Part shown: positions 11,191 through 22,789 of the stretch, in pieces
Layout of the letters: each line of letters begins with the position of its first letter
Numbering within the stretch: position 1 is the first letter of the stretch
Source: Eutreptiella sp. 'Long Island Sound 2002'
Taxonomy: Eukaryota > Protista > Euglenida
Assembly: GCA_964036045.1 (NCBI GenBank)
Contig: OZ038378.1
Location: forward strand, 5,084,001 to 5,148,000
Direction: 5' to 3'
Length of the DNA: 64,000 nt
The notes under the pieces: generated by a model
The model's input: the letters and a program-made list of their open reading frames with translations, nothing else
Told to the model about the DNA's origin: nothing
Database searches by the model: none
Translations under genes and position numbers: made by a program

Positions 11191-13309
11191 TTCGTTTCGG
11201 AGTGCACCTGCCCCACTGATACTCCCTATTCATTCACGGTAACCCTGAGCATCATGCTGCATCTTAATGCAATCATACAAAACAATCATCGCATCCCCCT
11301 ACATGCAGAGTCCGCTTCCCTTCCAAACCAGTGCACATTCTGTACAAAAGCCAGCAAAAAGCAGTGCAGCCCTTCCCAACTTTTCTTCAAGGCCTAACCG
11401 CCATACTGATTGCTCCGAATGAGCAAATGCATTTGAAATCATCAGCATGAAAAATCGTTCTTTGAATGTGTCAAGAGCTGTGCATTTGCGCAGAAAACCA
11501 CATCTCCCTTGCATGCGTGATGCAATTCAACGCAATGTGCAAGGTGGCTTACCCTAGTATTTTGCAGGAACAAAACCATGTATGCCAAGTGGTATTTTAG
11601 CTCGATCTTGCATTGGTTGGGGTGTTGGTGTTAAGCCATCTTGACCTTTTACTACACGGATGGGGTGTGCTAGTGTTGCTGTGTAGAGATGCAGTGAGGC
11701 TTGTCCGACTTTATCAAACGCTCTTGAACCCCTCCCCCCCCAACAAAAGCGTTCCAGTGCCGTTCCCATGAGTAACAGTAACAGTAACAGTAACACATCA
11801 TAGCATGCATAGCCCAGCAGAAGCGATCCTGAATGCCCAGCCCCATCACACTAAGGGAGGGTATCTGCACCGTGCGCGGACTGGGTGGACTGAGCGCGCA
11901 CCGTGCCCACTTTTGGACTCGTCCAATGGTCGCCCCTTAGCACCCCTCAAAATGGTGTCCCTTGGAGGTCTCTGGACTATGCCGAAATTATCCCGGGCAA
12001 CTTTGAGTGAGTGTAGACGGTCTAGAGGGTTGCTGTTCATTCTTGGAGGCTTGCTGTCAATTCTTGGCTTGCTGGTAACTCCTCGAGGGTTGTTGTTATT
12101 TCCTAGTGGGGTGCTGTTACTTCTTGGTCCGATGCTGTTATGTCCTGGATGCTTGCTGTGAAAGCCTAGAGGGTCCCTATCAATTCCCACAGGGTTGCTG
12201 TTAATTGCCAGACGGTTGCTGTTGATTCCTGAAACAACCCACAATGTGTGACCACCAATATCAACAGTTAAAACCAGGGCCTACGGAGATGGGCATGACA
12301 GCAAACGGTGGCAACACATGAAGGGACCGATCTCGCATCAATGTCTGCAAACGCAAGCAACTCGGCGTGTGAACTCGGTGTGCGGGCTCCTGGTACAACC
12401 CCAATGTACGCACGTGTCCGTGATCTGTCAAGGGGCTGTGGCCAGATCTGTTCCTCGACAATTAGCAGCAGTCCTTGATACGCACTGCTCTCCATCTCAT
12501 TGGTCATAGTGTGCACTGAGCCCCGCATCAGGCTCCAAGCATCAATGCAGTCCCTGCTCAAGTCTGTGGAGGGTTATCTGCCTGCAAAGCTGACCCCTTA
12601 CAGCGCGACATATCACTGGGACCTTGCACGAACAGGTTGCAGTCGAGGGATCCGAGTTGTGGATGGGACTCAAGATCAAGCAACCAACAGTTCCTTACAA
12701 AACCTGACATGCTGCTTGCACGGCACCGGGCGTCCACAGCTGCAGTTACAATCACACCTTTCGACACGCCCCGCCCCCCCAAAAAAACACCACAGCTGCA
12801 ATCATCAGCAATCTGATTGGACGCAGTTTCTCGAGACAATCGAGGAGTGGCAAGTGCTCCGCACAGCGCTCAGCACAGCACAGTGCTCAGCAGAGCACTT
12901 CTCCGAATAACTATTCAGTCAAAAAGAAGCAGGGGAGTGGGGGAAATTCTCATTAGCCAAAATGATACCGGTCACTCCCTCTGAATTTCAAATTGTGCCT
13001 CTGAAAACGCCGAGGGCAGAGCAGCGGAAATATAAAGGGGGAAATGAACAGGACTAGAACACGGGGCTCTGCCAACATATATACATATAGATATATATAT
13101 ATAACATTGCAGACAGTTTGGGACACATAACACGTCCCCACAACCGAAATGCAGTGTGCTGCAAGTGCCATCGCCCAGGCACTTGCCACTGATACCCCCT
13201 TCCCCTTTCTACAACTCTCCCATTAATTTAATGTCATCTACGGCGCACCAACGCTCAGCGCTACACCGTGGGGTCCTGACTGGAGACTGGCTCCATGTCT
13301 TCTCGGGGT

Positions 13310-13486
13310 CTATGAGTTGCACATGAACGAGGGGTGGTACGACGGGTGGGTGGCGGCATCGAGTTGAGCCATTTCGTCGTGGGAGAGCTCCCAGTCGAAG
13401 ATATCCAGGTCCTGAGCGAGGTGCTCGGGGTTCTTTGACTTGGTGGTGAGCGCGACACCGTGCTGCCAGATCCAGCGCAACGCGAC
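13310..13486 (-). CDS. Aldo/keto reductase exon 4 of 4 (VALRWIWQHG...SFMCNS*)
   Basis: AKR C-terminal motifs QVALRW, KSxNPEHL, DIFDWEL; CAG acceptor at 13489-13487; TAG stop; phase 0. Confidence 0.93.
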   Translation of the reverse strand, partial: VALRWIWQHGVALTTKSKNPEHLAQDLDIFDWELSHDEMAQLDAATHPSYHPSFMCNS

Positions 13487-13488
13487 CT

Positions 13489-13729
13489 GACGGAGAGGGG
13501 ATGTGCCACAACCGCTGAGTGAGTATGCCAGTATGACAGAGAGGGGGGGTGCCACAACCGCTGAGTGAGTATGCCAGTATGACGGAGAGGGGGGGTGCCA
13601 CAACCGCTGAGTGAGTGTGCCAGTATGACGGAGAGGGGATGTGCCACAACCGCTGAGTGAGTATGCCAGTATGACGGAGAGGGGGCGTGCCACATGAGTG
13701 AGTATGCCAGTATGACGGAGAGGGGTGGG
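13489..13729. repeat. 46-bp minisatellite, ~5 units, abutting AKR exon 4
   Basis: Unit GACGGAGAGGGGATGTGCCACAACCGCTGAGTGAGTATGCCAGTAT repeated in tandem. Confidence 0.93.
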
Positions 13730-14939
13730 TTCATACACGCCCCCAAAATAAAAAGTGAGTGCGGATGCGGATGCCGACTGTCAATGCCACTTCCAACGCC
13801 AATGCAGGTGCAAATGCCGAGGCCAATGCAGATGCCGGGGGGGGGGGGGGGGGGTGGCACAAGGCCTCGGTATCTGATTGTTTGCCTTGCCCGGGGGGAT
13901 TAAATTCAGGGGACGCTACCGAGGAAAGTGTAGGTCGAGTGCGGAAAAAAGCGAACGTTGCGTGTTTTTTTTTTGGCGTAAATCGCGTGCCCTTTTTTTT
14001 TTGGATGCGGGTCGCGTAACCAAAAAATTCGTCAGTCGCCCTTTTTTTTTGGCATAGGTCGCGTGCCTTGGCATTTTCAAGTTTTTTTTCTACACCAAAA
14101 AAATAATAAGCAACTTACGCCTGACACAATGCTACCCCTGCTCCGATCTGCAGCTTTCCAAAATTGATGGCCGTGGCACAAAAATGCACCCCATTACTCA
14201 TCTTTACTCAGCAACCGTCTGACACCAAGACTTGCCATACACTGGTTAGAGATCCCACAAAACACATGGAAACCTGCTGGGCCTTGGCATTGACATGGGC
14301 ATTGACATGGGCATCTGCGCCGGCCTTGGCATCACTGACATTTGGTGCAGATGCTGGTATGGGGGTGGGCACGTGCACGGGCCTTGGCGGCATGGCCTGG
14401 CATCTGCATGCGCCTTAGTACTGGCAGGGGGATGTGCGGGGGCCTCGGCAGTGGTGGTGGTGGTGGTGTTGGCATCGCCCCTCGAGGCCTGACACACCCT
14501 ACACACCGCACACCATTGGCCTGGGCCCTGTCATGTGGCTGCAGTGGGCCGCCTGCCATGGGCGGTCCTTAATCATGTGCCTTTGAAGGGGGGGAAGACA
14601 TAAGGTTTGCACGCGGGGGGGGGGGGGTCGTTGGAGCACCTTTTCCAGAGCCCCCCCCTTGAGCCAGGATCTCCCTCCTCAAGGGGAACGAGGGGGCAGG
14701 GAGAGACGAACCCACTCCCACTCCCCCTCCCCCTCCCCCTCCTCTACCCTACAGCAACACGCACCCCGCCACCCAATGCCCCCTAGGGCAGACAAAATGG
14801 AGAGGGCGGTGAAAAAACTGGGCAGGGGGAAAGGGACGAACCAAGGAGGGTAACAGGACAGGGCAGACCGCGCTCACCAAAAACGGTGCAGAGCGCAGAA
14901 GGATAACAAGGAAAGGAAAAACGGGAAAGAATCATTGTG

Positions 14940-15258
14940 GTTGTTAGAAGCCCCTGTCAGGAAAAGTATCCTGCAGATGCACACCCCAGCGCGCACAAGT
15001 CAGTGCTGGAGTTGGCAAACCCAGCATGGACTCAGAGTGTGCATCTGGATGCACCTGGTCAACCGTACGGGCAACAGCCCGTCTCCGGGACAGCCGACCC
15101 CGGAGTAGTCAAACAGGACAAGTCATCCAGGGGCTCTGTTGACACAACCAAAACACGTTCGGGCCCACAGTGGGTCAGAATGAGCAGTGGCGAGAGGCCA
15201 ATAGGCGCCGCCAAAGGCAAACAATCAGATACCGAGGCCTTGTGCCAAACCCCCCCTC
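14940..15258. repeat. Interspersed repeat in AKR intron 3; its end also occurs inverted at ~13853-13889
   Basis: GGCAAACAATCAGATACCGAGGCCTTGTGCCA (~15216-15248) is the reverse complement of 13856-13887. Confidence 0.6.
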
Positions 15259-16504
15259 CTTCAGGGCTCTTGTGACGCCCCCCCCCCACCGGGCTGACGG
15301 GCAGCGATGCATGACCGGAAGGGGCCTCAGAGGCGGCTCCAGAAGCGGTCAGGCAGGCGGTTGGAGGAGGTTGCCAAAGCGGTTGGGGCCGGTTACTCTC
15401 GGTGACACATGCCATTGAAGCTGGCACTTGCCGTCAGGGGGACAGTGGCTGGGCATAGGCTGGACGCCCTGGAGGAGGGGGGGGGGGGGGGGTTACATCC
15501 CCCCCTTCCAATGCGTCCCTGCCGACGGGGGTGGTTTGGGGGGGCGGGGTCCTGAGGTACCCCAACATATGTGGGGGTATTTGAAAACGGGCCGCTTTGC
15601 AGACGAGCGAGTGCGCAATGACTGTGGAAAAGTGTGGGGGCTTGAGGGGCAGGTTTGCAGAGATCTGCATTCGGTTGTGGGTCAGCGGACAGGCCAGAGG
15701 CGGTGGGGCTTTGCGCTGGGGGCGGCGGGGTGTGTGTACCATGAACGCAGGGCGGGCACCGTGCGGGTTTGGCGGGTGCTTTCCGCTGATGTGGGCGTAC
15801 CGCAGGGCCACAGGGTCGCCAGGTGCTACGAAAATCCGAGGTCCGCTCCGTTTTCAAGGCAGTTTGCCCTCTTTTGGGCTGGGGAAGGAGAGAAGAGATT
15901 TGCGCACGCGGCGGGGGGGGGGGGGGGGGTCGTTCGAGCCCCTGAAAAAAGGAGAGGGGGGGCGGTGGGAGGGGCTCTCGTGACAGGCCTCAATAGTTTC
16001 GGCGCTATGACACGCTGCTGCGCACGGCCGTGCATCGGGGGACCAGTGACTATTGATAGGGCGTAGAGCCCCGCCTCTCCCCAAGACCCTCCCTCTTTCT
16101 CTGACACAATGTAAGTGGGTGGGAGGCAAAATTCTCTGAAGGGGCCCCTTTGCGCCGTTGTTGGCGCCCTAAACAACGGCAATTTCGGGGCTTTCGGGGG
16201 GCCCATGGCCCGGGCTACACGTGCCCAGCGGCCACTACGTGGGTCCCCAGGGGTGCTAGAGTACCGGTATTGTCACCAAATGATCACCCAAACCCATCCC
16301 AGGGCCGACACAAGGGTCTTGCAAATACCCACCATGTGGGCGCGCGGGGGGGGGGGGGGTTTGCCATGAAACGATGTAAAGCGCACAAATTTACACTGCA
16401 CCGCCGCCCAGCACGGCGTCTGCGGCCACCCCACGACTCTCACTTTCTACATCCCCGTCCCCCATACGCCACCTCCGGCCCCCCGCACCCCATCCGCCCG
16501 GGAC

Positions 16505-16771
16505 CTGAACGGCGGTCTTCTTGTGGGCGGCCCCGATGGCTGCGGTCAGATTGCCGTGGATCAGGGCCCGGGTGTTGTCGCCGAGCGGCGAGTAGGCCTC
16601 CACCGCAATGCCCCGGCCCTGGCAGTAGGACACGAGGCTCTGCGGGTCCGCGCCTCCGCCGATGTGGTACTGGACCTGATTCACTGCCGGCACAATCTTG
16701 AGCCCCCCCGGAATCTTGTCAAGGCACTTGAAGCAGGACTGGCAGAAATTGGAGACGCCCAGCGAGCGGAC
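16505..16771 (-). CDS. Aldo/keto reductase exon 3 of 4 (VRSLGVSNF...KKTAVQ)
   Basis: AKR motifs LGVSNF, PAVNQVQYH, EAYSPLG; CAG|GT boundaries; 267 nt, phase 0. Confidence 0.95.
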
Positions 16772-18260
16772 CTGATGTGTGAGGGGCATGGGCAGGGGAG
16801 TTGTGAGATGTTTGGGGGGAGGGACATGTGGGGCAAGGCAGGTCTGGGGATGGATGGCCATGGAGGGGCGGAATGGGGGGAGGGACGGGATGGCAGGGGC
16901 GTTCATGGGGGGGCGTGTGAGTAGAGGGATGCGGGCGGGGCAGGCGTAACGCAGATATCTTTTTGGAAACTCCGACAGCGTCCACCACGAAATATCGCCC
17001 CCTCCACAACGGGCCACAGCTCTGTTTGACCTTCGCTGATTCGGAGCCTTCGCTGTCGGCCTGCTCCACATGAGACACAAGACTGCAGGGGCAGTGACCA
17101 CTCAAACTGAAAACTGATCTGCACCAAATCATCCGTTGGTGTGTGGGGGGTGATGGTACCAAATAAAATTTCTTGCCCGGACGACCAATCTACAGCAGTA
17201 ATGCCTGGGGTTTCTGGGAACATGGCTCTGAGTGGGGATTGGGGGTGAGCTTGGGGCGCAATCATCATTCACACTGCATCAGGTCTGGTGTCCGAACTGA
17301 AGTGCTATGAACAAATGGTGGTGGGTGGGGGGGGGGGGGGGGGCTCGTGAGGAATGAGGTGGAGGGCATTGGAGTTAAGTGGGCCGATCCCCAAGCCCCA
17401 CTCAAGTGGACTCAGCAGTGGTGGCAGCACCATAGACCATTTTGGGTTGGACACCCGAGGAGAAGGGGGGGTCCCAGCCAGAAGCCCCTCCCCTTCCACC
17501 TCTTCTAACACTTCCCTGCCCCCCTCTTCCCAACGTCCCTCTGCCTCTGACCAAAGCCCCAGTCCCTTTCAAGCCCCACTCAAGCCCCACCCTTCGCCGG
17601 CAGGCCCCCTCCAATGCCCCACCAAATCGCCACCTGTAATTGGGGAAAGGTGTGCTGGGGGGGGGGGGGGGGCAGCAAGGGATGGGCCCTCATGGGGTCA
17701 CAAAGGGTCAGGTTTGCTTCACAGCATCGCTCTCAGTTCAGTGTGACTGTTCCAGTGTTCTGACGTCCCGTGCCCAAAAGTTCAATGGTGGGGGAAAGGG
17801 ACAAGGACCGTACCTCCCTCTTCCACTGTACCAGGTCAGCTGTCGCCTGTTGCGCCTGCTGGGAAATGCAAACATTCGAAATGGCTTACACCCTGTGTGC
17901 CCTTTCTGGGCCGTGCCCCTATTGGGGGGCAACAGTGAGACGGCACTTGCTTCCGCTGGTCCCGCTTGGTCATGCTGTCTTCTGTGTTGTGGTGGTCCTT
18001 GGGCCCATAGGCCGAGTGGGTACTGGGTATTGTTACCATTGGGAAAGGGAAGTGATGCAATCCACCACCGCAATAGGGGGGAATTTCCCAACAAGTCGGG
18101 GCAGCACTTTGGCATGTTTTCAGGGTGGTTTTGAGGGGTTCACCCTATCCCTGCTGCATTCCTACCCTTAGAGAATTTGTGGTGGGCCCAGTGGCCGAGC
18201 CCATGCACAAAGAATTGGAAACATGGAAATGTTCTGTGAAATTTTGGTGCCCATTGAGGA

Positions 18261-18560
18261 TTAGGGCCATTGACACTCACCATTGACCATTGCCAACAAA
18301 TAGCCAATCGGCGTGTTTGTGTCCATAGAGCGGCAATCATAAGCCAACAATCGCTTCATCACAGGAAAAGATTCCTCAGCAACACTGGTCGTCACTTGGA
18401 AAGTGAGGGCATTCAAAGCCGCACCAGCCATGTTCCGAAGACCCATGAAACTGCCTGCATTTTCCCACCATTGCAGGATGGTTCAACTCAGGGCAACTTT
18501 TTGTTTATTTCAAAGCTCCATTCCAGCTGCTGAACATGTGGTGACAACAAATTGGAATAA
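18261..18560 (-). pseudogene. hAT transposase dimerisation-domain relic in AKR intron 2
   Basis: NMAGAALNALTFQVTTSVAEESFPVMKRLLAYDCRSMDTNT fits the hAT consensus L..PVTTS.AERSFS.MKR....R..M. Confidence 0.65.
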
Positions 18561-19322
18561 GATGCAGTGGACCCATTGCTTGGGCCTTTTGTGGTTGTGG
18601 AATTGGTGGCAGAGGTCGCAGTGGCCGTGGTCACAGTATTTGCAGCAGCAGGCTTGGCAGCAAAGAACGGAGCTGGCTGAGCGTAACGTACACAGAGCGA
18701 ACACACGTGTGCACCTGCTGGCAGTTCAGGATGGTGTTGTGCAACTTGGGACTGGACAGAAGGTGCAAGATCTCTGACAGCCTGCAAGCTAGACCGTGAC
18801 AGGCATCCATAGAGGTAAAACAGCCCGGCCACACAACAAGGGAGATGCATGAACACCAAAGACACCAGTTCAGAAACAGGGCCCTGAAAAGCGAACAAAT
18901 CGGGGCAACCAATCGGGGAAAATGGAGGGGATTGGGCCCTGATTTGGGCCGTACGCAGGTCACAAAGCGCTCTACACATGCACGTCCTGGTGTGCATATG
19001 CAGCAATGTTCGGCAGTTCTTCCATCATTGGCCTAGGCCACATCTCTGCTATGTTACAAGCACATTCAGAGTTCAAAAACATCGCTATGCTACATTCTTT
19101 GATCTGTGCCTGATGCGGGGGCTGGGTTGGTGATGAGAGTCTGGAATCTGGCCTGCCCAGAGGCCTGGATTGTGGTGTGGCACACGCACAAAACCCGGAG
19201 CCCAGCGTACCGCAAAGGCCAAGCAGAATCCACCAGGACAGTGCTGCACGCTTTGCTGATATCTGATTGGCATGAACACATGTGAATCCCAGCCAAAAAA
19301 AGGGGCTGCGAAGCGCACGGAC

Positions 19323-19598
19323 CTGCTTTTTGGCGACCAGGGCCTCCAGGGCCTGCCACTGGCTCTGGATGACACCACAATTGAGGGCGCCACAGCCCCC
19401 GATCGGAGGGAAATGCACCAACAAAAGGTCGATGTAGGACACGTTGAGCTGCCGCAGATTGGTCTCGACGTCCCGCACGCTGTCGGGGCCGCACTTGGCG
19501 CGGCTCACGCCCTGCAGCCCGCAGCCGGGGATCTTGGTGGTGATGAAGAGGTCCTCCCGCGCGATCCCTGACGCCGCAATCGCCCGCCCAACGCCAAC
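19323..19598 (-). CDS. Aldo/keto reductase exon 2 of 4 (VGVGRAIAASG...LVAKKQ)
   Basis: AKR motifs REDLFITTK (catalytic Lys) and YIDLLLVHFP (catalytic His); CAG|GT boundaries; 276 nt, phase 0. Confidence 0.95.
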
Positions 19599-21584
19599 CT
19601 GCCACACGAAAAAGTGGGGAGGCATCTGCATTCTGCGGTCCGGTGGCTGTGCCAGCCTTCGTTTGGTCCCTCCTCCATCTCCTGAGCTCCCGTGACCGCA
19701 GGACCATCCAGTTTCTTTGGGGATCCGACGGGCCACAGTTGCAGAAATGCCCAACATCTTGATCTACTGGCACAGGTATTTCCGGTTGAGGGCACAAGAC
19801 CGTGGGCTTTTCCGGACGCCAGACGTATCATGTCGGCCAGCAGAACCTGCTGCCACAGGCAAAGTCATGTTGCAGATGCTGGTGGATGAATTAGTGATGG
19901 ACGTCAACATGCAGGGGTTTTGCCTGATGTCAGGCTTTGGAGGGGTCTTGGGACCACTTCCATCGAACAGAACGCCAGTGAAATGGGGATTGTCAACTTC
20001 TCCACGTGCTCGGCACTGGTTCGCACGGCCGAAAATGGGCTGTCTGGTGATGAGAGTCCCCCTCAGACTCAGGTTCCAGCCAACTGGTTTTTGTTGACGA
20101 CCCCCTCCCTGCAAAACAGCACGATGCATATCACTCTTTGGCGCAGCCCATGATTCAAATATGCCTTTTCATGAAACACAGAAAAGTAGCGCAAGAGGCG
20201 CAATGCGATGGGGGGGGCGGGGGTACAAGTCGGTCGTTGCACAAGAGGGCGGGGGTGGGTGTCCGTTTGAGGTGGTTGTCCGCAGGTTCATCTCCCACCA
20301 TTTCACAGCTCCCACTCTGTTCCTTTCACTCCTGCCAGGTTGCCCCCATTCTGCCGCACGGGCGCCGTGTGTCCCCCATTAGCCACATCCAAACATGTTT
20401 CATGCCATCATTCATTGACAACATGAATACAAAGGCCCATGGGGACAAATCTTCACCCCTTCCCCAACCAGCCACCCCCCCCCCCAAATCTGGCTGCTGG
20501 GACTGGACCCCCAGGGGGCAAATTTTTTTTCAAAAACCCCCGCATACGTGTGTTCAAAATGATCAGCGCGACGAGGGGATCATTTTGAGGTACTTATGTT
20601 GGGGTACCCGGGACCCCCCCAGCGGGCGCCCCCCACCCCCCCCCCCCTTACCCCCACCGGGCCCGAAAAGTTTAGGGGGGGTGGTTGGGGTCTGATTTTG
20701 TGTCTGAGTGCCCCCGGTGCATAAACATCCATGGGAACCTAAGTAGCACCTCTTGGTGGAGCCCCCCCCCCCCTTTTGCCCAATGACCAGCAATGTTTCA
20801 ATGCGTGACCCCCCCCCCCCTGCCGACCCTTGGACGGTGTTTGAGGGTCAAAATGCGCCATGAGACCAGGGGCCTCGTTGGACAAGACCAACATAAACCC
20901 AGACACCGAAACTTCTTTTCTCAGGTGCATTGCACCGGAATTCCAGACTGTCCACCCGCGCATCACAAGCCAGATCGCGGCTGTGATGGGGGTGAGGGGA
21001 ACCGACGTGAGAGCCCAGAGAGGCCTCTCTGGGGTGTCGGGGAAGACCGGCATGGGCCGCAAAGTGTGAATACATATGCACAAACCTCTCAGCAACCGCT
21101 GTCCAGTTTCATGCCCTGTGCCATGCCGTGTATTCCATGGCATCCAAATTATATCCACACACCCTTTTTGTTTTCCTGTTTTGCAGGCGTATTTGAATTC
21201 CCCATAAATTTCTCAGCATTTTGTGCATACGCACAGAGGGTGAAGTCAATTTATACCCCCCACCGCATGCCTTCGGCGCCAGGTTTGGGCCAAATGTGGT
21301 CCAGACTTCCTCAACACTTTGGACCTCCCAAGGGGGGGGGGGGGTCAGTCTGGGCGCCCCCATGTGTTTATGTATCATGTCATCCCCAAAAAGATGACCC
21401 AAGGCAGCCCCCATGCCGCTGAGAACGTCTCCACACGGGTGGGGCCAATCTGAGATATCTGCACATTGGTGGGTCCCGGTACCACTGCGTTTCCAAACCT
21501 TAGCGGTGGTTTCACAAAGGGGGGGGGGGCATGAGATATTGCTGTTGATCTCTGAGTGTCCCCTGCCATTCCGCATTATTGGAC

Positions 21585-21812
21585 CTGGTTCTTGTAGTCA
21601 AAAGCGTCATCGATGCCCCGGAACCCGACCTGAAGCGCCGTGGCGATGGCGGCCTCGGCTGTGGGGGCGTTGTACTGCCAACAGCCGGCGGAGATGGCGG
21701 GCATCTTGACGCCGTTGTTGAGGGTTATGGAGGGAACTTTCGGCAGCACAGTGACCGCTACAGTGAAGTCCACTGCCAGGGCTAGGCTCAGTAGGATGTG
21801 GAGCAGAATCAT
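21585..21812 (-). CDS. Aldo/keto reductase exon 1 of 4, with N-terminal signal peptide (MILLHILLSLALA...DYKNQ)
   Basis: ITLNNGVKMP and GFRGIDDAFDYKNQ (catalytic Asp/Tyr). Four exons join in frame to 315 aa. Confidence 0.93.
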
Positions 21813-22789
21813 GGCGCTGCGTGTGGGCGGGGGTGGGGTGGAGGGGTGCAGTGCATTGGCCTTGGACAAACGTCTTGCACACACAACACGGACATTGAGT
21901 GCAACACAGGCAAACAACCAACCTTATATGGAAGTACAGATTGGCCATGATAACACCACACATCCTGTGAGGTAAATGGCAAAAAACAATTTTCCTGCAA
22001 ACCATGCCATTCAAACCCAAAGCCTTGGATTCTGGAGACAACTCAGTTTGCAAATGTATGGTGCTCCCTGTCACACATCTTAATATGCCCTCTCCTAGAT
22101 TGTGCAATGTTTTGTGGCCATGAAGCAACGGATACTCAGCTACGGAACGCCCCCATGTCACAGCTGACTGGTCATAGCTCGTGAATGTTCTGCTGCACTG
22201 CAGCACTTCCAAACCAGTACTGTATGTTGCCTAGAGTTCGCCCATGGGCTATCGAATGTCTCTTAGGCTGGTTTGGGTCAGCTGTCTCTCCCCCCCTAGA
22301 GCCCTGGCCCTGCCGCGACCGTTTCGGGGGGGCTGCCCCGCCCTCCCCGTCTCCGTCTTCGCTGAGCATCGGTGCGGTAGCGGCTCCGGCTTGGGGCAAT
22401 GCCTGCCCATGCAGCCACCGGGCGTTCCGCCCCTTGGCGGTTGCCACCGCGGATGCGCCTCTCGCGTCGCTCGTGGGTGGCCCGCGAGCCCTGTCCCCGC
22501 AGGACCTGCTGCAGCTGCACACACAGCGGCAGGGCGCACGGCCGCCACTGCCAGCTCCCCTACGTGCGCGGGCGGAGGGGCGGTGTCTACCAACCATACT
22601 GCCGCGTGCCCGCGGGTGCGCGGGACCGCCCGCAACCTTTTGGCCGTGAGTCGGCCGGTGTTATCGGTGGCACGTTATGCGGAGCGGCGGGGTGCGGACA
22701 TGTAGCGAGCTGCACAAGGGGCAACAGCACTACACGCCCTATCCACCCACCAGGTCCCCGTTCCACACCTTGAGCTGCTTATTGCGATC

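Noticed and set aside
13489-13729. 46-bp array as CRISPR
   Set aside because: No variable spacers; an intronic minisatellite.
21549-21565. TCTGAGTGTC, reminiscent of a euglenid spliced-leader sequence
   Set aside because: Only ~10 nt match, no following T-run or SL-RNA structure; lies in an intron.
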